DNA of 64,000 nt. It comes from an uncultured delta proteobacterium. GTDB lineage: Bacteria > Desulfobacterota > Desulfuromonadia > Desulfuromonadales > JACZKF01. Positions 43,506 to 55,827 of this stretch are shown piece by piece (the first letter of the stretch is position 1; every line of letters starts with the position of its first letter). A program made the translations under genes and the position numbers. The notes below the pieces were generated by a model, which was not told where the DNA came from, made no database searches, and saw nothing but the letters and a program-made list of their open reading frames with translations. Location: assembly GCA_963816395.1 (NCBI GenBank), contig CAWFKQ010000004.1, positions 64,001 to 128,000 on the forward strand. The letters run 5' to 3'.

Positions 43506-44218
43506 TGGATCTGCTCCGCGGCGAGGTCATCTACGGCCGAGAAAGGATCGAATTCCAGATGCTCCATGTCAACCGGAAGACCTTGGAGATCGCCGTCCAT
43601 CCGGACCGGTTGGTGATTGTCAAGGCGCCGGTCGGAACCACGCTTCCGGAGGTAGAAAAGAGGGTTCTCCGGCGGGCTGGCTGGATATCTCGGCAGCTGG
43701 AATTTTTCCGTCAGTTTGAGCCGAGAACTCCCGACAGACGTTATGTCGGAGGAGAGAGCCACTACTATCTGGGCAGACAGTATCGGCTCAAGATCAGCCG
43801 TTCGGAAACGGAAGGGGTCAAGCTGAGCGGCGGGTATTTCCAGATCGATATCAAGGAGAATGCCCCGGCAGATCGGGTGAAGACTCTCCTGCAAAGGTGG
43901 TATCTCGAAAAGGCCAGAGAGAGATTTCGGGAGAGCCTGGAGCGCTGCTGGCCGGCTTTCGCCAAATCCTCTCAGGAAATCCCTCGCCTGCAGGTCCGGC
44001 GTATGCGGAAGCGGTGGGGGAGCCTATCAGGGAATGGGATATTGACCCTCAACATAGACCTGATCCGCGCCCCCCGGGAATGCATCGACTACGTCATCAT
44101 CCATGAGCTTTGCCATTTGATCTTTCACGACCACAGCCCGGGATTTTATCAAGCTTTAGAGAAGGTGATGCCCGACTGGGAAAAGCGGAAGCACAAGCTT
44201 GAGTTGGCGCTAATATAA
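43505..44218 (+). CDS. YgjP/DUF45 (SprT-like) zinc metallohydrolase
   Basis: MRKRWGS, IDYVIIHELCH (HExxH), DHSPGFY; TGATG overlap with hsdR. Confidence 0.9.
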   Translation: MDLLRGEVIYGRERIEFQMLHVNRKTLEIAVHPDRLVIVKAPVGTTLPEVEKRVLRRAGWISRQLEFFRQFEPRTPDRRYVGGESHYYLGRQYRLKISRSETEGVKLSGGYFQIDIKENAPADRVKTLLQRWYLEKARERFRESLERCWPAFAKSSQEIPRLQVRRMRKRWGSLSGNGILTLNIDLIRAPRECIDYVIIHELCHLIFHDHSPGFYQALEKVMPDWEKRKHKLELALI

Positions 44219-44294
44219 CCGGTTTCGCGCGGAAGCTGCCCAAGAGCGGCAGCACAGCATGCCCAGGAAAATCCTTTTCCCTAAATCCCCTCCC

Positions 44295-45078
44295 TCACCC
44301 CCGCTCCAACCGAAACCGCACCGGCACCCGCACCTCGCTCTCCACGGGCAGGAGGCCGCGGCGGGCCGGCCGGAAGCGCCAGTCCCGCACCGCCTCCAGG
44401 GCGGCGCGGTCGAGGACCGGGTAGCCAGTGGAGCGTTCCACCCGCGCCGTCAGCACCTTCCCCGATGAGCCCACCCGCACCTGCAGCAGCACTTCCCCTT
44501 GCCAGCCGCGTCGGCGGGCCAGGCGCGGATAGGCGGGCGGCGGGTTGTCGGCATAGAGGGGCTGCGCCTCCCGCAGCGGCGGTTCGGCTGTTTCCATGGC
44601 CGCCGCGTTTCCCGAGGGCCAACGGCTTGGCGGTAGACGGGGAGGAGGGCGGAGTGGCAGGCATGGTCACGGCCGGTGCCGAGCCGGCGGCAAGCGGCGG
44701 CGGTGGTGTAATGGTTTGCTCGGTCGCCGGTTGCGGTTGTCGTGCCGCTGGTGTCAGGGAGGGGTGGGGAATCAGCCCAGAGGCAGCTGCCGCCGGGTTG
44801 GCAGTGGTCGCGGGAGGTGGCGGCATCGAGGAGCGGACGGCGGGACGGGGGGCTGGCGGGGCCGGACGCTGTGCGGAGGAAGAGGAGGACCTGGCGGTCG
44901 CGGGCAGGGCGGGAGCAACGGCGGGAGGGGGAGGCGCGGTGATCGGCATCACCAACTGGACCGCCAGGGAGCGGCGGCGTCCGCCGATGGACGATTGCTC
45001 GTCGGCCAACCAGGCGATCAGGGCCAGGTGCGCCGCCAGGGAAACGGCTACCCAGAAGAGAAGTGGTTTTCTGCTCAT
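44295..45078 (-). CDS. tonB: TonB-family energy transducer (frameshift near 44600)
   Basis: N-terminal TM with SxxxH (VSLAAHL), Pro/Ala-rich linker, and NPPPAYPRLARRRGWQGEV...LDRAALEAVRDWRFRPA. Confidence 0.9.
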
Positions 45079-45335
45079 TGAATCGTATTCTCCTCCGCCC
45101 CCGCTTATAGGACAGATCCTGCCGCCGGTCAAGAAAGATGGCGTCGCAAAAACTTACCAACTGCTGCGTTGCTCCGGGTTCCGCCAATTTTTCTCCGGAT
45201 TTGCCAGACTCGTTTTTTTCTGGAAAAATGTTGGAAAAACGGTTAATTATAGATCTGCTGATATTTTAATCCGGCCGTCGGGGGGCGCGGACGACGATCT
45301 TCTTCTATCACCTTGAAATGATTGGGAGGAATTCG

Positions 45336-48300
45336 ATGAAGAGATTCCCCGGGATTCTGGCTCTCGGTTCCCTGACCCTGGTCCTGAGCGCCTGTGGCGG
45401 TGGTGGTGGCAGCGGCGGCACCCCCGGGGATGGGCAAATTGTTCTATCCGGTGTAATCGAAGACGGACCGGTAGCCGGTGCCCGGGTCTTCCTTCAGGAC
45501 CCGCAGAGCGGGGAGACCGCCCGGATCTGCGGGGCGAGCGGCATCGGCCGGTGCGAGACGGTGAGCGCCGCCGACGGAGCCTTTTCCTTCCAGCTGCGGC
45601 CCGGCGCCCTTCTCGACGGCCTGGAGGTGGTCACCGTCGGCGGCATGGACGGTGAAACCGGCGTCGAGTTCGCCGGCATCCGGATGCTGGCGCCGGTGGA
45701 GCTCTTCCGCGGCCGGGAGGAGCAGCTGACGGTTTCTCCCCTGACCTCCCTGCTTGCCGCCCGGCAGCGCCTTCCCGGCAACTCCCCCGCCCTCGCCCTG
45801 GAACAGCTCCGTCGCTGGCTCGATTTCGGGCCGGCTGTCGATCTGACCGCCTCTCCCGCCGCCGATGCCGAACTGCTGCGCCGCAGTCTTCTGCTCACCG
45901 GCCTTGCCCTGGAACTGGCGAGGGGGGGCGAGAGCGATCCCTTTGCCGCCATCGCCAGCCGACTGAATCCTGATCTCCCCCTGTTGCCCGGTGCCGGCGG
46001 GCTGACTGAGCTCGGCCTTGACACGGCGGCGGGCGCCCGGATAACGGAACTCGTCGCGGCCCTGCGGGATGGTGCCGGAAGCTTGCCGACCATTTTCCGC
46101 AAGACCCTGATCGTCCAAGGCCTGCAGGAGATCTCCGGTCGGCTGCTGGCGGACGAAGCCGGTTTCAATCCGGCCGATCCGCAATATCTCGCCAATCTCG
46201 ACCTGCTGGCGGAGAAGATTATCCAGGCGGCCGGCCCGACGGTGATTTCCCCTGGGGAGCGGCGTCACCCCGCAGCGGATCGCCCGTTACGTCCTGTTCA
46301 CCTACGGTTTGACCTCCTTCGCCGATTTCACCGTGGAGCCGGCCGCCTTCGCCGCCGCCCTGGTGCATCCGGACACCGGGCAGCCTCTGGAGCAGGACCC
46401 GCAGATCGCCGAACTGGCCGCCGTGAAGTCTTTGTACAGCGCCGCCGTCCCCCTGCTCGACGACGAGATTCCCGGCGACGACAATGGCCGGCGCCTGGCC
46501 TATTTCTACAATTCGGACCTTTCCCCCTTTTACTTTGCCGAGAAGGTGAGCGGGGAGATTCTCGATGACCAGTTCAGCGACTCGGTCATGCTGGCGATCG
46601 CCGCCGGCAAGGCCGAGGCCGGCCTGCTCGCCGAGGCCGAGGCGATCGTCGACACCCAGATCTACCAGGCGCAAGCCCAGGGCGACGGCTACTACAGCCT
46701 GGCCGGTGCGCTGATCGGCTTCGGCCGTTTTCCCGAGGCGATCGCCGCCCTGAAAAAAGCCGAAGGCCGCTACCGGAAGGTGCTGGAGACCAAGGGGTTT
46801 GCCAGCATCGGCTCCGGCGATGCAATCAACCTGCAGCGGGTCGGCTCCGGCTACCGGCGGGCCGGGGACCTGGCCGCCTCCCGGGCGGTGACCGACTACC
46901 TCGCCGGCCTGGTGCCCTACCTGACCACGCCCAACGAGTACGGCAGCATCATTGTCGGCACCTGGCAGGTGGCCGACGAATACCTTGCCGCGGGGCGCTC
47001 CGATCTGGCCGCGCCCCTGGTCGACTTCATGTACGATTTCGCCCTGCAGACGCCGCCGAACGTCTCCGGCGGAACTTATTACTTCAAGGCGAAAATTCTC
47101 TACCTGGTGGAGACCGCCAAACGCTATGCGGCCTTGGACAATCCGCAGATGGTCGCCGAGATCTACCAGCAGATCCAGGCGATCCGCGCCAGCGACGGCT
47201 ATCAGAACCTGACCGCCGGCAAGACCTGGTCCTACATGGTGGATACTATCGAACTGCTGTACCGGCTCGGTTGGACCGACGAGGCGTACGCCCTGGCCGG
47301 CGAGATGCCCGACGCTTACGTCATCAAGGCCTTCAAGCTGGTGGCGACCTACGAGGCGGTGCAAAATGGCATGACGAGCGCTCTGGCGGTCATCGAGGCG
47401 CACATACCGCTGGTCGCCGACAAGATCGAGGCGCTGACCTACTTCGCCAACAACACCAGCCGGGAGTACATCGCCCTGGCCCTGATCAACCGGGATCTGC
47501 TCGACGGCGCCCGGCAGGCGCTGGCGGAGGCGAGGCGGCAGATGGCCTATCTCACCCCGGCCACCGACGCCGATCGCTACCAGCAGATGATCCGTCAGGG
47601 CTATGTGAAGATCGCCGGCCTGTATGCCCTGACCGGCGATCCGGCAACCGCCGCAGCGCTGCTGCGGGAGGCGGAAACGGCCCTGGCCGCCATGAGCGGC
47701 CTCACCTCACGGGTGGAGGGGCTGACCGATATCGCCCTCGGCTACCACGGCCTCGGGAACGACGCCTACGCCGGGGAGCTGCTGGACCGGGCCGGAGCGG
47801 AGATTGCCGGGATGCTGGCCGCCACCGCGCCGCCGGCCGACCCGGCGGCAGCGGGGTCCTTCTACCTGGATGTCGCCAAAAGCTACGAGCTCCTCATCGA
47901 TACCTGCCTGGACAGCGGTCTCCGGCAGCAGGCAATGGCCTACGTCGATCCCTATACGGCGGTTATCCGGCTGATTTTCGCACCGGCTGCCGGTTATGCC
48001 GGCGACGACCACGACAAATTTGCCGGCCTGGAGACGGACCAGATGCTCAAAGCCGCCGGTTTTCTGCTGACCGCCGGCGATCCCGCGGGCGCCGCCGCCC
48101 TCCTGGGGGAGGCGGAAGAAACCGCCGGCCGGATCTGGGTGGAGGCGACCCGGACTCGGGAAATTAATTGATGCCCGTGAAAGATGACATTATCGGCAGC
48201 TATGCGGCGGCCGGCCGGTTCGATCGGGCATTGGCCCTGGCGCGCTCCCTGCGGTATGCCGCCGACCGTAACCTGGCCTTTCAGACGATCGCCACCACCT

Positions 48301-48503
48301 ATGCCGGGCGGGACGATTTCCCCGATAGCTGGGTGGCCAGCATCGACAGCGACCATGACGGCCAGCCGGATTTCTTCAATCCTCTGGCCACGGCTGCCGA
48401 CATTGGCGCTTCCGGGCTGGTGCTTGATGCCGACAGCGACAATGACGGCATTGCCGATCCGGCCGACCGCCGGCCTCTGCTGGCCGATCATTCGGCCCTG
48501 TAG
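45336..48503 (+). CDS. Large (about 1050 aa) lipoprotein with TPR-like helical repeats and C-terminal DxDxDG motifs (two apparent frameshifts)
   Basis: Lipobox LSAC + GGGGGSGG; ORFs 45318-46568, 46309-48171 and 48168-48503; DSDHDGQPD and DSDNDGIAD. Confidence 0.7.
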
Positions 48504-48513
48504 GCCGCTGCCG

Positions 48514-50950
48514 ATGCTCATCCGACAGTCAGCAGTCTTCGCCTGCCTGGCCGTTCTGCGCCTCGCCGTCTGCCTGCCGGCGCCGGCGCTGGCGGCGGAC
48601 GGCGCCGGAGAGATTCCGATTCTGCCGCCGGTGACGGTCGTCGGCACCCTGGACAACCCGGCCACCGGCCGGTCGGTAATGGACCGGAAAATGATCGAGA
48701 AGCTGCCGGCCGGCAACGGCAGCATCAATGAACTCCTCCGCCTCTTTCCCGACGTCCAGGTGGGGGAGGAGACCCGCGCCAGCAAACGGGCCGGCGAGAT
48801 CCTGCCGCCGGCGATATCCATCGCCGGCGGTAAGACCTTCGACAACACCTTCGAGATCGATGGCCTTGGCAACAGCAATTTTCTCGACCCCGCCGCCGAC
48901 AATCCTTTCGACCTCAACAGCGTCCCCGCCCAGGCGCAGACCCTCTTTCCAGAAGCCGACCTGATCGATCGGATCACCCTCTACGACAGCAACATCCCGG
49001 CCCGCTACAGCGGCTTTACCGGCGGCGTCATCGATCTGGAGACGCGCGATCCCCGCCCCGATTTCGGCGGATCCCTGTTTTACCGCACCACCCGCGACGA
49101 CTGGACCTCCTTTCATCTCGCGGCCGGCGAGGAGGCGCCGGAATTCGCCAAGAACCATGCCGGGATCAGCCTCGATCTCCCCCTCTCCAGTCATCTGGGG
49201 GTGCTCGCCAGTTACCAGCAGCTCCTCTCCCGTCTCCCCCAGCGGCACCTGGGCGACGCCGAGACGGAGGAGCGGCGGCTGGAGAACTACTTTGCCAAGG
49301 CGGTTCTCGAGCATCCGGAGAGCCGCGCGGAGATCTCGTTTCTTGCCACTCCCTACCGCTCCGAAAACTTCCTGCCGGATATCCGCAACAGCTCTTTTCG
49401 CCTGCGCGGGGGGGGGTACAAGGCGCAGGCCGGCCTCGACCGTTTCCTTCCTGCCGGCACCCTGCGGCTGCTGGGCGGCTACGGCTGGAGCAGCAACCGC
49501 CGGCAGGCCCCGCAGGAGCTGCGGCAAATGGGCGACCACCGACAGCCACGACTGGGGGCGGCTGACCGGTTCGGACGTCAGCTATGAGGGGGGCTTGGGC
49601 GATCTGGAGCAGACGCAGCAGACCGTGCAGCTGCGGTCGGCGCTGGTCCTGGAGCCGCTGCGCAGCGGTCCGCTGGCGCACGAAATCGAGGCCGGCCTGG
49701 AGTTTGCGTGGGTGGAGGGAACATTTGATCGGCCCAGGGCCCTCTATGCCTATCTCGGCGCCCGTATCGATCCCGACGTCGTCTGCGGGGGGGATACCGT
49801 CGCCTGCGTCGACGAGGAGCAGTACTTCTCCCAACGGCGGATCTGGGATGCGGGTTCGGTCTCGGCGCGGATGCAGCAGTACGACCTGTTCCTGGAGGAC
49901 CGGCTGAGCGCCGGCCGCCTGACCCTGCGACCGGGGATTCGCCTCGCCTATGACGATTTCATGCAGAATCTGAACCTGGCGCCGCGCCTTGCCGCGACCT
50001 ATGACCTGGCCGGCAACGGCCGGACCCTGCTGATCGGCGGCTGGAACCGCTATTACGGCCGGACGCTGCTCACCTACAAACTGCGCGAGGCGCAAAGCCC
50101 CTTCCGCAGCGAGACCCGCAGCACCGCCGGGCCCATCCCACCTGCTGCAGGAGTGGCAGCCGGCCAAGGAGAGCGGCACCAGCGTCACCCGCTTCTCCCG
50201 CCTGGATACCCCCTATGCCGACGAGTGGACGGCGGGGATCGACCAGGCGCTTTTCGGCGGCAGGCTCAGCCTCAAGTACGTCCGGCGCGAGGGGTAGAGA
50301 CGAATTCGCCCGGCGCTATGGCGACCGGCAGCCCGACGGTCTGCGCTATTACACCCTGACCAACGACGGCCGCAGCCGGCACCAGAGCGCCCGGCTCACC
50401 TGGGAAAGGCGCTGGCCGCGGCAGATGCTGTCCCTGAACGTCACCTGGCAGGAAAGCACGGTCAGCAACGAAAGCTACGATGAGATCCTCGCCGCCGATG
50501 AAGCGGACGACCGGATCTGGTATCAAGGGAGGATCATCTCCCTGACCGAGCTGCCCCGGCAGGATTTCAACCGCCCGTGGACCGCCAACTTTTCGTGGCT
50601 CGGGCGGCTGCCCTACGGCTTCACCTTCACCAATGTCACCCGCTACCGCAGCGGCTTCCAGGCGATCGTCAATACCCGGCAGGTGCGGGAGGTCCCCGCC
50701 GGCCAAGGGCAACTCGACCCGCTTACCGGAGAGCCTGTTTTCGAGGCGCTGAGCGTCTATGACAAAAAGGGACATCGCCGCCGGGATCGTCTTCGATTGG
50801 GTGCTCTCCTGGCAGAGCCCGGGGAAATCCGGCCTGCTCCTCAGCCTGGAGATCGACAACGTCTTCAACCGCCGGCTGGAGACCGTCGGCGCGGCCAGCG
50901 AGTACGAGGTGGGGAGGCAGTTCTGGGCGGGAGGGGAATGGCGGTTCTGA
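48514..50950 (+). CDS. TonB-dependent outer-membrane receptor, YddB/FusA-like (several apparent frameshifts)
   Basis: Signal peptide; plug IEKLPAGNGSINELL...ISIAGG...IDG...YDSNIPARYSGFTGGVID; NLAPRL; ends GRQFWAGGEWRF. Confidence 0.88.
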
Positions 50951-50956
50951 AGGGCG

Positions 50957-51031
50957 GCGAGGTAGTCAGTAGTGAGGTAGTAAAATCTTTTAAAAACAGA
51001 GAGATCATCGCTGAGTCTCACTATCTCACTG
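50957..51031. repeat. Octamer inverted-repeat element, copy 5
   Basis: GCGAGGTAGTCAGTAGTGAGGTAG...CTCACTATCTCACTG between convergent genes. Confidence 0.75.
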
Positions 51032-53192
51032 GAACGTCACCGCGCCTGGCAGCTCGGCATCGCTGTAGCCGTTGAAGGCCCGCAGGGTATAGCTGCCGGG
51101 CAAGGACTGGGGCGGAAGGGTGATCGACAGCCGATCGGTGCTTTCCACTTTCAGTTCGGTCGGTTCGAACGGCAGGGGCAGGGCCAGCAGCCCCTCCTCT
51201 CCGTTGGCGAAAATGACCTGGTTGCCCTCGAGGACGATCTGTCGCGACGGCGCCGAGATGCCGAGGGTGGCCAGGATCTGCGGGTTTTCCGGCTCGCCGA
51301 GATCGACCAGGTACAGGCCCCGGCGGAAATCGGCGACGTAGGCCCGGCGACCGATCACCGTCACCCCATGGGCAAAACCGCCCGCCGGCAGCTGCAGGTC
51401 ACCGACCAGGCGGGGCCGTTGCGGAGCGGCGATATCGAAGACCAGAAGCCCGTTGCGGCCGTCGGCAACCAGGGCCAGGTGGCCGCTGACGACGATCTTT
51501 TCCGCCGCCGAGAATGCCTGCAGATGCCAGGGCAGGTCCACCGAGCCAAGCAGGTGCGGTGTCTCCGGTGGCTCCGGGTCAATGACGTGCAGGCTGCCCC
51601 GGGCGTCGCCGACCAGGATCAGCCGGCCGTCGATCGTCACCGACCTTCCTTCGGCCGGCAGGGGGAGACAGCCGGCCGGCCGGGGCCGGCCGGGCTCGGT
51701 GAGGTCGAACCGGCACAGCCCTTCATTCCCTACCGCCCACAGGTTGCTGCCGGCAACCGCCAGTTGCTGGGGGGAATGCATGGTTTTCACGGTAGCGGTA
51801 ATCTGCGGCTGCCGCGGGTCGCCGATATCAACCGCCTGGATGAAGCGATGTACTTCCCCCTCAGCTTTTCTGCTCCCCTCCTCGATAACATAAAGGAAAT
51901 TCCCCGCCGGCAGGACGCTTCTGGCCGAGCCCGGCAGCGGTAACGAGCTGATGAGGCGCGGCCGGAAGGGATCGCGGGTGTTGAGCACCAGCACTCCCCT
52001 GGCACCGGCCGCCAGGTAGGCACGCGCCCCTGCCGCGACAAAATCGGCGATGCAGGCGCGAGCCGTGAAAAACGGCGGACGGCGAATGGCTTTCTGGCGC
52101 AGATCGACCGCCTGCAGACCCTTGCGCCCCATGGCCACCAGCGCCCTGTCGCCGGTCACCGCCACGGATTGGGCCAGGCCGGGCAGTTCATAGGCGCCGT
52201 CAAAACGGGGCCGGCGGGGATCGGCAAGGTCGACCACCTGCAGGCCGGAAACGTTGTCCGCCAGGTAGGCGTGGTCGCCGGCCAGGGCGATCGCCCTGGC
52301 CGTTCCGGGGGTATCGATGGTTTCAAGCAGCGCGGGGGCTACGGGATTGCTGACGTCGACCGCCGCCAGGCCGGCTGACCCGGCGGCGAGGTAAACCATT
52401 CCGTCGCGTGCCGCCACTCCAAAAACCGGTTGCACCGTCTGCAGGGAACCGATGACCCGTGGTCGCTGCGGGTCATGCAGGTCGACGACCTGCAGCCCCC
52501 TTTCGGCGGCGGCCAGGTAGGCGGTCTCTCCATTGACCGCCAGGGCGAAAGGATGCCCCGGGACCGGCAGGGTGGCGAGCAGCCGGGGGTGGGCGGGATT
52601 GGCGATATCGACCACCTGCAGGCCGAGCCGGCTGTTGGCAACATAGGCCCGGTTGCCGGCCAGCACCACATCCAGGGCCAGCCCCCCGAGCTCGGCGCCG
52701 CCCAGCAGGCGTAAGTTGGCGGGATCGGCGATGTCCAGCACCTGAATCCCCCCCTCCTTGGCGGCTACATAGGCGTAGCGGCCGTTCAGGGCGATCTTCC
52801 AGGCCTTCCCCGGAATTTTCAGGGTGCCGATCTGGCGGGGTCGCTCCGGGTCGGAAAAATCGATGACCTGCACCCCCCGGTAATTGTTCGCCAGGTAGAC
52901 CAGCTGGCCGGCGGCGACGGCGCTTTCCAAGACGCTCAAGGTCGCGAGGGGAGGAAACAGCGCCCGCCGGTTGCCGGTATCGAGGATCAGCACCAGGCGG
53001 GTGTCGCGGTCGAAGCCGGAGCCGCGCACCGTCGCCCGCAGGCTGCGGCCGAGGCTGCAGCGGTCGGGAGTGATGGTCTGCAGGGCCAGTTCCGGCCGGG
53101 GCGGAGGGCGATCGGGAAAACGTCGGCAAGATCAGGAACAGGAGGCCGGCGATGCCGGTAAGCAGGAGCAGCAATGCCACGGGCCTGGTCAT
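51026..53192 (-). CDS. Membrane-anchored or secreted LVIVD-repeat beta-propeller protein (frameshift near 53100)
   Basis: About 13 repeats of type AYVA---GLQVVDI--P--P; hydrophobic N-terminus in ORF 52473-53192. Confidence 0.85.
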
Positions 53193-53196
53193 CGGG

Positions 53197-55632
<2,436 letters not shown>

Positions 55633-55750
55633 GACCCCTTCCCGGCTGATTGCACTCACATGACAGAGCCGCGGCGGCCGAAGGGGCCGGCGCGGCAGCA
55701 TGGTTCAGAAATTAACAGAAGGCGGGGGATTTGGGAAGGGCTTTTCGCGG

Positions 55751-55827
55751 CAGCGAGATAATGAGATAGCGAGGTAGTGAGATAGAAGAACCTGAATTTA
55801 CTATCTCGCTACCTCGCTATCTCACTG
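55751..55827. repeat. Octamer inverted-repeat element, copy 6
   Basis: CAGCGAGATAATGAGATAGCGAGGTAGTGAGATAG-aagaacctgaattta-CTATCTCGCTACCTCGCTATCTCACTG. Confidence 0.85.

Noticed and set aside
32835..44290. Defence island as a prophage, ICE or transposon
   Set aside because: No integrase, transposase, tRNA or flanking direct repeats were seen.
45130..45330. Fur box between tonB and the lipoprotein gene
   Set aside because: AT-rich, but no convincing GATAATGATAATCATTATC-like match.
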